From assembly GCA_963797095.1 (NCBI GenBank), contig CAWCNY010000002.1, positions 160,001-224,000 of the forward strand: a stretch of DNA of 64,000 nt, read 5' to 3'. This DNA is from an uncultured Chloroflexia bacterium. GTDB taxonomy: Bacteria; Chloroflexota; Chloroflexia; QHBQ01; JADMIH01. Below, piece by piece: positions 41,958 to 51,930 of the stretch (its first letter is position 1; each line of letters starts with the position of its first letter). Under the pieces are notes generated by a model, which saw only the letters and a program-made list of their open reading frames with translations, did no database searches and had not been told where the DNA came from. The position numbers and the translations under genes are program-made.

Positions 41958-42427
41958 TGGTTGACCTTCCTCTTTTACTTAACACCTGGTAGGCCCGACA
42001 ATGCCGTTAGTACGTGCATAGCAACGTCATACCCGTCTGCCAGTGGCACAGCCTTGTTCTACCTACCTGGATAGGCTTCTTCAGATGACGCTGAAGGCTA
42101 ACCCTTACCCGGCGTAACAACCTGGGCTGACCATACTTGGCCTGCTCACAGGCATGTTTGCCAGTCTCTCTCCGGTTAGCATAATAATTCTACGTGAATC
42201 GATCTTGTGATCGCAAGAGAAAGAAGGGCGGATATCTATCAATTCTTTCAACAATTGAACAACTTATGCAGCAATTGTGCTGCTCATCCTGGTATAATTT
42301 TGTGTGGCGATGGTCGGGTCCGGTCCTTTATGGTCCCCTCGCGTGGCTGCGTGCCCCTGCGTGGAAGGGTGATAGTACCTGTCAGGGCGTGATAATTAGG
42401 CGTGATAACTAAAGGGAGTTCTACGTT

Positions 42428-44434
42428 ATGATGGAGAAAATCGAGAAGAGCTATTTGTTTCTTATTGCCGCTGCTTTGTTCATGGGCGTCTTACTATTGA
42501 GCGCCTGCGGCGACGAACAAGCGACTTCCACTCCTGTGCAACCTACCATCACGCCCGCACAAGCAGGACTTGGGGTCGATTCCACTTTCCCACCATTTGC
42601 CACAAAGACGGATGTGCCGATCCCAATAGATAGAGAGTCCGCCACTCCCACCACCATAGGGATACCCGGTGGTATCCTGACGGCCATCGCCAGGACGACG
42701 CCTACTACTGAGGTGCTGGGGCAGATCATGGCCGATATAGATTTCCGCCCCAATCCGGACGGCTATAGCTTTGAGAACTACGCAGGCAAGAAGAAGAACG
42801 GCAAGCCCGTACCGGAGCTATTTGTTGACGACCTCCAGAAGATGTTCGGTGATGCTGAAGTGTGCGTCAAGGTCGAGAACGGCATATGTACCCCCAGGCA
42901 AGAAGCGCTCGATTGGCTTGCCATGGTGAACTCTCAGGTTCCCGGCGGGCACTGCGAAGGTATGGCGGTGTCGAGCTTGCTCTTTTTCAAGGACCTGGAT
43001 ACGCCCTCTAATTACGGTGATGCGGCAGAAACTACCTACGACCTACAGTTCGCCGACCCGATAAAAAGGGTCATAAGCTACTATTATTACTTGCAATACG
43101 TCGATCCCGTAGCAACTGACTACTTTAATGAGCAGCAGATCAAGCCGTCAGAGGTCCTGGACAAAGTTATAGCTTCAATGCAGAACGGCGATCCTGACCC
43201 TGTCAATCTGGGGTTTTATGGTGGACCGCTCGATAAGGACGGCTATCAAGCAGGGCACTCGATTACACCTTATTCAGTAGAGGATAGGGGCAATGGCATC
43301 TACTGGATACATGTTTATGACAATAACTGGCCTAATCTCGCAACTGCTTACATGGAAATAAATCGCAATAACGAGACCTGGGCGTACGACCTGAGCGCCA
43401 AGAACCCTGACTATAAGCCTGAGGTGTGGGAGGGCGATGCAGACACCAAGACGCTGGCGGCCCTTCCGCTCTCCGACCGCACCGGCACTCTGATTTGCCC
43501 CTGGTGCGATGATAGCTCGGGGGGTGGTTTGCCCGGCACTTCCAGCAGTTCGACAGAAGTGTTCGGATCGGCGCTTAAGACTTTGGCCCCCAATCTATCG
43601 CTGGTCAATTCAACTGTATGGAGCGGCCAGGGAAGCACGGCACAAGGGAGCTCAGATATGCAAGTAATCCTGCAAGGAGATGGCAGCCTGCTTATTGAGA
43701 ACAGCAAAGGCCAGAAGCTTGGGTATGACGGTACAAAGCTGGTCAAAGATATACCGGGAGGCCGGGTAATCATCCCCAGGGCGGGGCCGGGAGTGGCGGT
43801 CCAGCCGGTTTACTTCGTTCCCAGGGGAGATGCTTACAATATTACGCTGAATGGGCAGGCGGTTCAGGCGGGAGCTACGGGCACCAGCAGCCTGTCGCTG
43901 TTCGGGCAGGGGATGGCCGTCACAGTGCAGGATATCCAGTTGAACCGGGGCGACCAGCACAAACTCAGCATCTCGGCGGATTCTCAGACGCTCAGCTTTG
44001 TGTCGGGCAACAATAGTTCGGCAGCGCTCAAGCCCACCTTCCGTATTTCTACTACAGTGAAGTCAGGGGCGGGCGCGCTGCTGGGAGGCACCACCAGCTA
44101 CCAGTTCCAGTTGGGTAATGTTGACCTCACGAAGGGCCAGCAACTGGACTTTTCGCTGAGTAAGCCGACGGGCGAGTTGGATGTCAAGGCTACAGGAGGC
44201 TCATCCAGCGGAAGCAGATATGACCTGGATATCATCAGGGCGGCTGAGAACGGCACACAAGCGTTCAGCCAGAAGAATGTGAGCCTAAATACGAACGATA
44301 CACACCAATTCAACTTCGGCAACTGGAAGACCCAGCCGGTGAGCATCGATATAGATCACGGCAGCACGGGCAAGATCATGGAGAAGCAGCCTGTACCATC
44401 CGCTCCTCTGCCTACGCCCACACCTGAGCAGTAA
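42428..44434 (+). CDS. Lipoprotein with a probable papain-like Cys-His-Asp domain
   Basis: Lipobox LSAC; F.P..DGYSFENY, GGHCEGMA, GHSITPY, VYDNNWP. Confidence 0.7.
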   Translation: MMEKIEKSYLFLIAAALFMGVLLLSACGDEQATSTPVQPTITPAQAGLGVDSTFPPFATKTDVPIPIDRESATPTTIGIPGGILTAIARTTPTTEVLGQIMADIDFRPNPDGYSFENYAGKKKNGKPVPELFVDDLQKMFGDAEVCVKVENGICTPRQEALDWLAMVNSQVPGGHCEGMAVSSLLFFKDLDTPSNYGDAAETTYDLQFADPIKRVISYYYYLQYVDPVATDYFNEQQIKPSEVLDKVIASMQNGDPDPVNLGFYGGPLDKDGYQAGHSITPYSVEDRGNGIYWIHVYDNNWPNLATAYMEINRNNETWAYDLSAKNPDYKPEVWEGDADTKTLAALPLSDRTGTLICPWCDDSSGGGLPGTSSSSTEVFGSALKTLAPNLSLVNSTVWSGQGSTAQGSSDMQVILQGDGSLLIENSKGQKLGYDGTKLVKDIPGGRVIIPRAGPGVAVQPVYFVPRGDAYNITLNGQAVQAGATGTSSLSLFGQGMAVTVQDIQLNRGDQHKLSISADSQTLSFVSGNNSSAALKPTFRISTTVKSGAGALLGGTTSYQFQLGNVDLTKGQQLDFSLSKPTGELDVKATGGSSSGSRYDLDIIRAAENGTQAFSQKNVSLNTNDTHQFNFGNWKTQPVSIDIDHGSTGKIMEKQPVPSAPLPTPTPEQ

Positions 44435-44441
44435 TGTCCGG

Positions 44442-44975
44442 ATGTCACGTGACGTTTGTCCATCGAGATTCTGGACCAGCCCGCGAGTCATCCCGTGTCC
44501 GTCACCTCTGGGCGGCACGGGTGGCTTCGCGGCAGCGCCTATCAAGGCCGGTGAGATAGTACAGGTGATAGGCGGCACTCTGCTGACCACGCAGCAGTTG
44601 TTGGACGCCTTCAAGGAGCGCGACGCTACAGGACGCTATCTGAATTGCGTGCAGCTAGATGAAGACCTGCACCTGGCCGACCTGGACGATACGCTGGATG
44701 TGCCCTTCAACCACTCCTGCGAGCCTAACCTCTGGATGGCCGACGAGATAAAGGTGGTGGCTCGCCGCGACATCGCCCCCGGTGAGGAGTTGACGCTAGA
44801 TTACGCTCTGCAAACGGCGCAGCCGGTACCGTTACTTGAAGTCATGTGTCGATGCGGGTCTCCACTGTGCCGAGGTATCATTACGGGCAATGACTGGCGG
44901 TTACCTGAGTTGCAAGAGCGTTACCAGGGGCATTTCTCGCCTTTCATCAACAGGCGCATAGCTTCCGCCAGATAA
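44442..44975 (+). CDS. SET domain protein (putative lysine methyltransferase) with post-SET motif
   Basis: GTGGFA..I..GE, FNHSCEPN, RDIAPGEELTLDY, CRCGSPLCRG. Confidence 0.92.
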   Translation: MSRDVCPSRFWTSPRVIPCPSPLGGTGGFAAAPIKAGEIVQVIGGTLLTTQQLLDAFKERDATGRYLNCVQLDEDLHLADLDDTLDVPFNHSCEPNLWMADEIKVVARRDIAPGEELTLDYALQTAQPVPLLEVMCRCGSPLCRGIITGNDWRLPELQERYQGHFSPFINRRIASAR

Positions 44976-45021
44976 TATTTGTATCTTGCTCGGATAAGGT
45001 CCGATGCTCATAGATGCGCTT

Positions 45022-45795
45022 TTAGCGTCCGAACAGGCTACCGAAAAGCCCCCTGCGCCGTGCAGGCTCTATCGGCTCAGGTACGATCTCCCGGTTTGCA
45101 AGCAGCAACTCTGGGTTCGTCTGGACCATGAGGCCGACCAACTCTCTACCCACCATATCTTCAGCCGTTCGCAACGCTTCGCGCACCCTTGGGCTGCGCC
45201 ATCTTACGCTATGCGAATCGGTGGCGATAAACTGCACCAGATTATGCCTGAGCAACGCCTCGGCGCACTTCTCGGTTGGCCCGCCGTGCTCGCCCAACAA
45301 AGCTGCCGCCGTTACCTGAGCCAGGACACCTCTCTCGGCAAGCTCGTACATCTTGTGCAGATCGGATTGGATGGCGGTATATCGCTCCGGGTGCGCCAGT
45401 ATGGGGACATATCCCGCAAGCTGTAATGCGAACAGAGCATCATCGGCGTATGTGGGCCACGGCTGGTATGGCACCTCCACCAGCACGTACTTGCTGCCCG
45501 CCAGGGTCCATAGCCACCCTGCTTTCAAGTCGTCAACGGTATCGGGCCGCAGGAAAATCTCGACCCCTAATTCCAGCCTGACCTCTGCACCTGCCTCGTA
45601 CCAGGCGGCTCTGACCTGCTCCAACCGGGCCTTCATACCTGTGTGCCCAACCTGAGACGCCTCTGCGCTGTGTGAGGTGGAGATAACTACCCCGATCCCC
45701 TCTTCCGCCATAAGAAGTCCCATGCCTACGGATGTTTCCATATCGGTCGGACCATCGTCCAGTGCCGGAATTATGTGGGTGTGAATATCAATCAT
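45022..45795 (-). CDS. PHP-family tyrosine-protein phosphatase (CpsB/YwqE/CapC)
   Basis: MIDIHTHIIP..DDG, AHPERY, IATDSH; start moved past the heptamer repeats. Confidence 0.93.
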   Translation of the reverse strand: MIDIHTHIIPALDDGPTDMETSVGMGLLMAEEGIGVVISTSHSAEASQVGHTGMKARLEQVRAAWYEAGAEVRLELGVEIFLRPDTVDDLKAGWLWTLAGSKYVLVEVPYQPWPTYADDALFALQLAGYVPILAHPERYTAIQSDLHKMYELAERGVLAQVTAAALLGEHGGPTEKCAEALLRHNLVQFIATDSHSVRWRSPRVREALRTAEDMVGRELVGLMVQTNPELLLANREIVPEPIEPARRRGLFGSLFGR

Positions 45796-45796
45796 A

Positions 45797-45936
45797 GACG
45801 AGGGACGAAGGATGAAGGATGAAGGACGAAAGTAGTCGGTAGTCGGTAGTCGGAGGACGAGTGACCAGTGACCAATGACGAATGACGAGTGACCAATGAC
45901 GAGTGAATAAGCAGTACGCAATACACAATAGGCAGT
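45797..45936. repeat. Composite period-7 array of four different heptamer families
   Basis: GACGAAG/GATGAAG, GTCGGTA, GACCAAT/GACGAGT and TACGCAA blocks in succession. Confidence 0.8.
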
Positions 45937-45952
45937 AAATCACGTATCACAT

Positions 45953-46654
45953 TTATCCATAGTATGCGTAGGCGCTTTTGTCTATTTGGGCGTTGTTCAG
46001 CACCACACCCAGGATGTTTGCGTTTACCTGGCGGAGCATATCGCGGGCCTTTACTGCCAGGTCGCGTTTTGTCTTGCCCGCGTTGATCACGATCAGCACG
46101 CCATCCACTCTGGACGCTAGCACCGCTGCATCTGTGACGGCAATAATAGGTGGAGTGTCAATCAAAACGTACTCGGCTCCTCCCCTGATTAGAGCCAGCA
46201 CCTCCGCCATCCTTTGCGAGGCGAGTATCTCCGCCGGGTTGGGTGGCACCGGGCCGCCGGTCAGCACCTGGAGGTTTTCGACCTGTGTCGCCTGGAGGGG
46301 CAGCTTTGGCACCTCGCCCGCCTTGATGCGAGCCATCTCGGCTACCAGGGTGGTTAGCCCTGTCTCGTTCGATAGGCCGAATATGGTGTGCAGGTGTGGT
46401 CTGCGCAGGTCGGCATCTACCAGCACCGTGGGCGACCCTGCCGCCGCGAATGTGATCGCGAGGTTGGCGATCGTGGTGGATTTGCCGTCGTCCGGACTGG
46501 TGGAGGTCACCAACATTGTATGCACAGGCTTATCGGGACTTGCAAAGGTAATGTTCGTCCGCAGGGTCCGATACGCCTCGGCTGCCGCCGATTTCGGCTC
46601 GGAGTAAGCCACCAGGCCCGCCTCGCTCTCTTTTGTTGCTCTCACTTTAGCCAA
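45953..46654 (-). CDS. BY-kinase, CpsD/CapB family tyrosine-protein kinase
   Basis: AEAYRTLRTN, TS..PDDGKST, VDADLRRP, IDTPP, C-terminal YAYY. Confidence 0.95.
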   Translation of the reverse strand: MAKVRATKESEAGLVAYSEPKSAAAEAYRTLRTNITFASPDKPVHTMLVTSTSPDDGKSTTIANLAITFAAAGSPTVLVDADLRRPHLHTIFGLSNETGLTTLVAEMARIKAGEVPKLPLQATQVENLQVLTGGPVPPNPAEILASQRMAEVLALIRGGAEYVLIDTPPIIAVTDAAVLASRVDGVLIVINAGKTKRDLAVKARDMLRQVNANILGVVLNNAQIDKSAYAYYG

Positions 46655-46723
46655 TTGTGTCTCCCTTTTCCCTGTAGGCTTGTTCTACTTGCTCTTGGTT
46701 GATACTGCGTGTACTGACGGCGC

Positions 46724-47398
46724 TCAAACTTTGCCCTTCGGAATAATACCAACCGTGTTGACCCCGACATACTTCTGAACGTCCGACGCTGTTTTCAGGG
46801 TTGTATCCAACAATTCCAACCCGATCGCCAACAACAGGCCAAGCATAAGGCCGAATAGCCCCGCTGCTATTCCGTACAGTTTGGGGCGGGGCTGGTATGG
46901 CTCCTGGGGCACAGAAGCGGGTTGGGTTACCACCCACTCCACGCGCTGGCCTGTGGCGTTGGCCTGCTGGTTCTGCGATGCCTGCACCTCAATAAACGCG
47001 TTTGATACCGCCTCGGCCACCTGGGCGGCCACCAGTCCGTCGGCATGGTCCACGGTCATCACTATAGATTGGTTGTTGGGGAGCGCCTGCGTTTTGAGCA
47101 CCAGCGTGTTGGGATCGACATCGGCAATCGGATCTCCGTATCTGCCGTCTATCACCGAAGCGATGAACGTAGAGCTTGCCATCTGGCTCGCGTTGGTCGC
47201 CAACTGCTTCTGGATCGCCTCAATGGTGCCGTTGTCGGGCGGCACAAACTCGGCTGCAATAGTAACCTGCGCCTGGTAGATACGCGGCTGCATATCGCTG
47301 GCGATATAGGCGGCTGCGGCTGCGGCAATCGTCACGATCACTACCAGCCACCACCGCTTCCTCAGCCCATTCAGGATTTGTTGAAAGTCAAGCTGCAT
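46724..47398 (-). CDS. Wzz/CpsC-like polysaccharide co-polymerase (kinase modulator)
   Basis: LRKRWWLV, PRIYQA, P.QPRP, ELLDTTLK...DV...LG-like tail. Confidence 0.85.
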   Translation of the reverse strand: MQLDFQQILNGLRKRWWLVVIVTIAAAAAAYIASDMQPRIYQAQVTIAAEFVPPDNGTIEAIQKQLATNASQMASSTFIASVIDGRYGDPIADVDPNTLVLKTQALPNNQSIVMTVDHADGLVAAQVAEAVSNAFIEVQASQNQQANATGQRVEWVVTQPASVPQEPYQPRPKLYGIAAGLFGLMLGLLLAIGLELLDTTLKTASDVQKYVGVNTVGIIPKGKV

Positions 47399-47405
47399 TT
47401 TTATA

Positions 47406-47461
47406 ACGAAAGACAAAGGACGAGTGACGAAGGACGGTTCGTTTACATTAGTCCTTCGTCT
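47406..47461. repeat. Period-7 repeat at the gene junction
   Basis: ACGAAAG-ACAAAGG-ACGAGTG-ACGAAGG ... CCTTCGTC. Confidence 0.7.
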
Positions 47462-47465
47462 ACTA

Positions 47466-48302
47466 CTACGTGCGTGGTATGGCTCCCAGCACCGGCAAGT
47501 CCAGCACTCTGGTTGCATCGTGCTCATCGCGTACGCTGCTATCCAGGTATTCCAGCAAGAAGGCCACCGCAAGCGCTATCGCCACTCCTATGATCACGCG
47601 GATCGCCGCATTGAGAATATCTTTGCTTCGACTCGATTCGATATTGAAGATGCCTACAGTGTCTATCTGAGTGAAAACGCCCTCATCATCGACCATTGTG
47701 CCCTGTATCGGCTTCATTTTGGCATCGGCCAATACAGTTCCCGAAGCATCCGCGATTGCCTTGGCGACGTCGGGATCGTTCGCCGTGATTAGCAGCCTAA
47801 GCTCTCGGTGGCGTCTATCCGATCCGATCCCCTGCTTGATATCCTGCGCCGTTAGCTTGCTGATGTTGTCTTCTAGCTGCTCTGTTGCTTCCGATCCCCT
47901 CAAGGTAGGTGTTTCGCCCGGCTTGGCGGCAGCTTTGATCTGGTTGTTCAGATCCTCAATTTCCTTCTGGGCAAAGAACGGCTCATTCATCGTGGCGAGC
48001 ACGCTATTGGCAAAAGCGTCGCTGGTGGTGATCTGTGTGTAATCGTCTACCAGGAACTCTGAGCCGAACCAATTGTAGTATCTGTTGAACGTAAATACGA
48101 GGTCGCCCGGCTCGCCGTATAATCCAGGTGTGCTGGTATTGTCGGGTGTAGGCTCCTGGCGAGTGATGAACCTGACCTGCGTGTCAAAGCTCTTTTTGGT
48201 GGTCAGCAGCAGGTAACTGCTGAACGCTGCTGCAATAACGATGATTGCAAGCACCAGCCAGCGCCTTTTCCATATAACGTTCCAATACTGTCGCAGTTCC
48301 AT
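47466..48302 (-). CDS. Second Wzz/CpsC-like protein
   Basis: MELRQYWNVIWKRRWLV; EYLDSSVR...LDLPVLGAIP. Confidence 0.85.
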   Translation of the reverse strand: MELRQYWNVIWKRRWLVLAIIVIAAAFSSYLLLTTKKSFDTQVRFITRQEPTPDNTSTPGLYGEPGDLVFTFNRYYNWFGSEFLVDDYTQITTSDAFANSVLATMNEPFFAQKEIEDLNNQIKAAAKPGETPTLRGSEATEQLEDNISKLTAQDIKQGIGSDRRHRELRLLITANDPDVAKAIADASGTVLADAKMKPIQGTMVDDEGVFTQIDTVGIFNIESSRSKDILNAAIRVIIGVAIALAVAFLLEYLDSSVRDEHDATRVLDLPVLGAIPRT

Positions 48303-48336
48303 GTTTCTCCTTGGATCCTGAAACGTGATAACTTTG

Positions 48337-48404
48337 AACGAGTGACGAGTGGGAGAGAGATTAGATAAGCAGTACGCACTACGCACTACGCACTACGCAC
48401 TACG
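48337..48404. repeat. Period-7 repeat at the gene junction
   Basis: ACGAGTG x2 and TACGCAC x4. Confidence 0.75.
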
Positions 48405-48418
48405 TCACCTATCGCATT

Positions 48419-49012
48419 TCACTCTTTGTTCTCCGGTATCAGCGAGAATACCAGCGTATTTCTTGCGGTTCCATCCGGAGCCAGGAATTCGTTGCGAAGG
48501 AGACCTTCTTGTTTGTATCCGAGCCTGCGGGCGACGTTCGCGCTACGGATGTTTCGCTCGTCACATTGTATCTCAACTCGTTTCGCGCCCAGCTTGTTGA
48601 ACGCGAAGTTCGTCAGGAGCTGCACAGCTTCCATCATATAGCCGTGTCCCTCGGCGGATGCGCGCAGCCAGTAACCTATCTCGAACGAGGGTATGCTCCA
48701 CTCGCGTGGGTGCAGCCCTGTGCCGCCGAGATAGCGCCCTGTTGCCGCGTCAAGTATCGCGCAGTTCATGCTCTGGCGCAATATCCATTTTGCGCGCTGC
48801 TCAATGATCCAGATAAGGCTCTCTTCCACCGTCTGGTGGAAGTCGGCGAAGGGGAGCCACGGGCGGATATGCTCGCGTGACTCGGCCACCGACTCATACA
48901 GAGCAGGCGCGTCCTCCTCCCGATATGGGCGAACAATCACCCTCTCGCCGCGCAACTCCTCAAAAAACGGTATAAGCAGAGGGTTGGTTGTTTTCTCTTG
49001 ATCTTCGGCCAT
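48419..49012 (-). CDS. RimJ/RimL-type GNAT acetyltransferase
   Basis: HIRPWLPF, FEIGYWL....GHGYMMEA, N.RS..VARRLG...EG. Confidence 0.9.
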   Translation of the reverse strand: MAEDQEKTTNPLLIPFFEELRGERVIVRPYREEDAPALYESVAESREHIRPWLPFADFHQTVEESLIWIIEQRAKWILRQSMNCAILDAATGRYLGGTGLHPREWSIPSFEIGYWLRASAEGHGYMMEAVQLLTNFAFNKLGAKRVEIQCDERNIRSANVARRLGYKQEGLLRNEFLAPDGTARNTLVFSLIPENKE

Positions 49013-49047
49013 AGTTGGTCTTAGAGAGGCAAGTTTCAGGCCTGCCT

Positions 49048-50217
49048 TTACCTGCTGTCCTGGTTCTCCATCTGGGACAGGCATGCATCTATGAACGCGA
49101 CCACCTTGCCCTTGAACACCTCGGTATCGAATCCCTTGGCATGCTGCCTGATGGCACGTGGGTTGTACCTGCTGTCGTCGAATTTGCTAACGGTTTCGGC
49201 CAGGCACTCAACAGACTGAGTTTTGAAGAACTCGCCTGTGACGCCGGGCACTATTGTTTCGAGCGCGCCGCCTGCCTCGTAAGCGATCACTGGACGCCCG
49301 GAAGCGTGGGCCTCTAGAGGGGTGATCCCGAAGTCCTCAACGCCGGGGAAGATGAACGCCCGGCAGTTGGCGTATAACTCCTTTAGTTTACCATCGTTTA
49401 CCGATCCGAGGAACTCGATGTTCGAGCCTGCCCTGGCCCTCAACTGGGCCTCCTGCCTCCCCTTTCCAACCACTTTCAGCGGCAGCTTGAGGCGAGTGAA
49501 GGCATCGATCACTATATCGAGCCGCTTGTACGGGATCATTCGTGATACTACCAGGAAGTAGTCGGCGTGACTGCCATCCTCGTGTGGCCTGTAGAGCTTC
49601 GTATTGACAGGAGGGTTGATGACGGTGGCCTGTCGCCCGTACCTCTTGCGTATTCTGCGCGCCACCATTCGTGAATTCGCCAGAAATGCATCCACGCGCC
49701 GAGATGAAACTTCGTCCCACATCCTGATGAAGGTCATCATAAAGGGCAAAACAAATCTCACCCTCCGGACCCAACTCTCACGCTGCACATAATCATGGTA
49801 GTTCCACGCGAAGCGCATCGGTGTATGGCAGTAGCAAACGTGCAGAGCGTTGGGTTCAGTGATGACTCCCTTGGCGAAGGCGCTGCTGCTGCTCAGGATT
49901 ACCCTGTATTGAGATAGATCGAACTTCTCGAACGCTACAGGGTAGAGCGGCAAGTATATCTGGTGCAACTCCTCGACCTTTGGCAGCCTTTGCATGAAAG
50001 AGGTGCGTATCTTCCAGTTTTGGTACTGCTCAGGCATCTTTTGTGGCGCGTAAACTGAGGTGTAGACAGGAGCGGATGGGTAAATATCGTGCAGCGCTTC
50101 CAGCACGCGTTCGGCCCCGCCGTACTGGTTTAAATAATCATGGACCAGCGCCACGTTTGATTGTGGATCGCCCATTTCGGGCGATGCCCAGGAGCTTGCG
50201 GTTTGCGGATTGATCAT
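49048..50217 (-). CDS. Glycosyltransferase family 4
   Basis: VALVHDYL.QYGGAERVL, CYCHTPMR, VINPPV, EDFGITPLEA. Confidence 0.93.
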   Translation of the reverse strand: MINPQTASSWASPEMGDPQSNVALVHDYLNQYGGAERVLEALHDIYPSAPVYTSVYAPQKMPEQYQNWKIRTSFMQRLPKVEELHQIYLPLYPVAFEKFDLSQYRVILSSSSAFAKGVITEPNALHVCYCHTPMRFAWNYHDYVQRESWVRRVRFVLPFMMTFIRMWDEVSSRRVDAFLANSRMVARRIRKRYGRQATVINPPVNTKLYRPHEDGSHADYFLVVSRMIPYKRLDIVIDAFTRLKLPLKVVGKGRQEAQLRARAGSNIEFLGSVNDGKLKELYANCRAFIFPGVEDFGITPLEAHASGRPVIAYEAGGALETIVPGVTGEFFKTQSVECLAETVSKFDDSRYNPRAIRQHAKGFDTEVFKGKVVAFIDACLSQMENQDSR

Positions 50218-50298
50218 AATTGCTCGATGTATTTCGTCCTTCCCGGTTAGTTTGCCACTGCTAGGGGTGGCATAAAACAGTTTTAGCTGTCTAAAGTA

Positions 50299-50327
50299 TT
50301 GAAAATAAGTGAGTTATGCGCTATAAT
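50299..50327 (+). promoter_or_regulatory. Sigma70 promoter of sufB
   Basis: TTGAAA-17 bp-TATAAT. Confidence 0.65.
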
Positions 50328-50447
50328 TATCATAGAGGAAGAGTCTCCAGGACATAGAGATTGCTCCTATAACACACATTGTACTACAAAAGGCGCGAGG
50401 TGACAGAGCTAACCCAACAGCCGCACCAGGATGGAGGAAAAATCATA

Positions 50448-51860
50448 ATGGCAGATACAAGCACAATCCAGACAGCTACAGGCGCAGACGAGTACCGCTT
50501 CGGGTTCTCCATGCCGGAGAACTATACCTTCAAGTCGCGCAAAGGACTTGATGAGAGGGTGGTACGCGAGATTTCGGCGCTCAAGAATGAACCTGCCTGG
50601 ATGACTAACTTCCGCGTGCGCGCCCTCAAGCTGTTCGAGGCCAAGCCGATCCCGCAGTGGGGCGGTTGGCTGAACGATATCGACTTCAACGACATCTTCT
50701 ACTTCGTGCGCGCTACCGACCGCCAGGGTTCGACCTGGGAGGATGTGCCCTCTGAGGTAAAGGATACCTTCGACAGGTTGGGCATCCCGGAGGCCGAGAA
50801 GAAGTACCTCGCGGGCGTGGGCGCTCAATACGAGTCGGAAGTGGTTTACCACTCGCTTCGTGAGGACCTGCAAAAGCAGGGCGTGATCTTCGCGGATATG
50901 GACACGGCGGTGCGTGACTACCCCGACATTGTGCGCCAGTATTTCAGTACAATTATACCGGCAGGCGACAATAAGTTCGCTTCGCTCAATTCGGCGGTGT
51001 GGTCGGGCGGCTCGTTCGTGTACATACCTGAGGGGGTGCACGTCGACATACCGTTGCAGGCTTACTTCCGCATCAACGCCCAGAACATGGGGCAATTCGA
51101 GCGGACGCTGATTATCGCCGAGCCTGGGTCTTACGTACACTATATCGAGGGATGCACCGCGCCCACGTATTCCACCAACTCGCTGCACTCGGCTGTGGTC
51201 GAGATCATCGTGAAGGAAGGCGCTCGAGTGCGCTACACGACGATCCAGAACTGGTCGCACAACGTTTATAACCTGGTGACCAAGAGGGCCGCCGCTTACA
51301 GGGATGCGACGATGGAGTGGGTGGACGGCAACCTTGGCTCCAAGCTGACGATGAAGTACCCTGCGGTATGGCTGATGGAGCCGGGCGCGAGAGGCGATGT
51401 ACTTTCGATTGCGTTCGCGGGCAACGGCCAGCACCAGGATGCGGGTGCGAAGATGGTACACAAGGCCCCGCACACGACCTCGAACGTAGTGTCGAAGTCG
51501 ATCAGCAAGGGCACGGGCCGGGCCACTTATCGTGGTCTGCTCGAAGTGGCCGACGACGCCAGCGGCTGCAAGGCCAACGTGAAGTGCGACGCACTCCTTA
51601 TCGGCGAGGACGCCCGCTCTGATACCTACCCGACGATCAATGTGGCCAACAACTCCACCACGATCCAGCACGAGGCGACCGTGTCGAAGGTTGGCGAGGA
51701 CCAGTTGTTCTACCTGATGTCGCGTGGTATCTCTGAGAACGAGGCTACCGCGATGGTGGTGAACGGGTTCGTAGAGCCTATCACGAAGGAGATCCCGCTG
51801 GAATACGCAGTCGAGTTGAACAGGCTGATCGAGTTGCAAATGGAAGGCTCTATCGGCTAA
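50448..51860 (+). CDS. sufB: Fe-S cluster assembly protein SufB
   Basis: [46 protein letters not shown]; GGAGG RBS before 50448. Confidence 0.97.
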   Translation: MADTSTIQTATGADEYRFGFSMPENYTFKSRKGLDERVVREISALKNEPAWMTNFRVRALKLFEAKPIPQWGGWLNDIDFNDIFYFVRATDRQGSTWEDVPSEVKDTFDRLGIPEAEKKYLAGVGAQYESEVVYHSLREDLQKQGVIFADMDTAVRDYPDIVRQYFSTIIPAGDNKFASLNSAVWSGGSFVYIPEGVHVDIPLQAYFRINAQNMGQFERTLIIAEPGSYVHYIEGCTAPTYSTNSLHSAVVEIIVKEGARVRYTTIQNWSHNVYNLVTKRAAAYRDATMEWVDGNLGSKLTMKYPAVWLMEPGARGDVLSIAFAGNGQHQDAGAKMVHKAPHTTSNVVSKSISKGTGRATYRGLLEVADDASGCKANVKCDALLIGEDARSDTYPTINVANNSTTIQHEATVSKVGEDQLFYLMSRGISENEATAMVVNGFVEPITKEIPLEYAVELNRLIELQMEGSIG

Positions 51861-51885
51861 GACGCATCTGAGTCCGAGATGTTGG

Positions 51886-51919
51886 GAAGAGAGATACCAC
51901 ACTCGTGGTATCTCTCTTC
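51886..51919 (+). terminator. Hairpin/terminator after sufB
   Basis: 15-bp perfect IR GAAGAGAGATACCAC / GTGGTATCTCTCTTC. Confidence 0.7.
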
Positions 51920-51930
51920 GCTGTAATAAA

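Noticed and set aside
45796-45921. N-terminal extensions in the ORF track (also 4294-4350, 35432-35503, 47399-47572, 48303-48386, 57844-58185)
   Set aside because: They translate heptamer repeats or overlap neighbouring genes; downstream ATGs match family starts.
50409-51902. 497-aa antisense ORF opposite sufB, and similar shadow ORFs (14093-15034, 33534-34259)
   Set aside because: Expected from codon bias of GC-rich conserved genes; no motifs or RBS.
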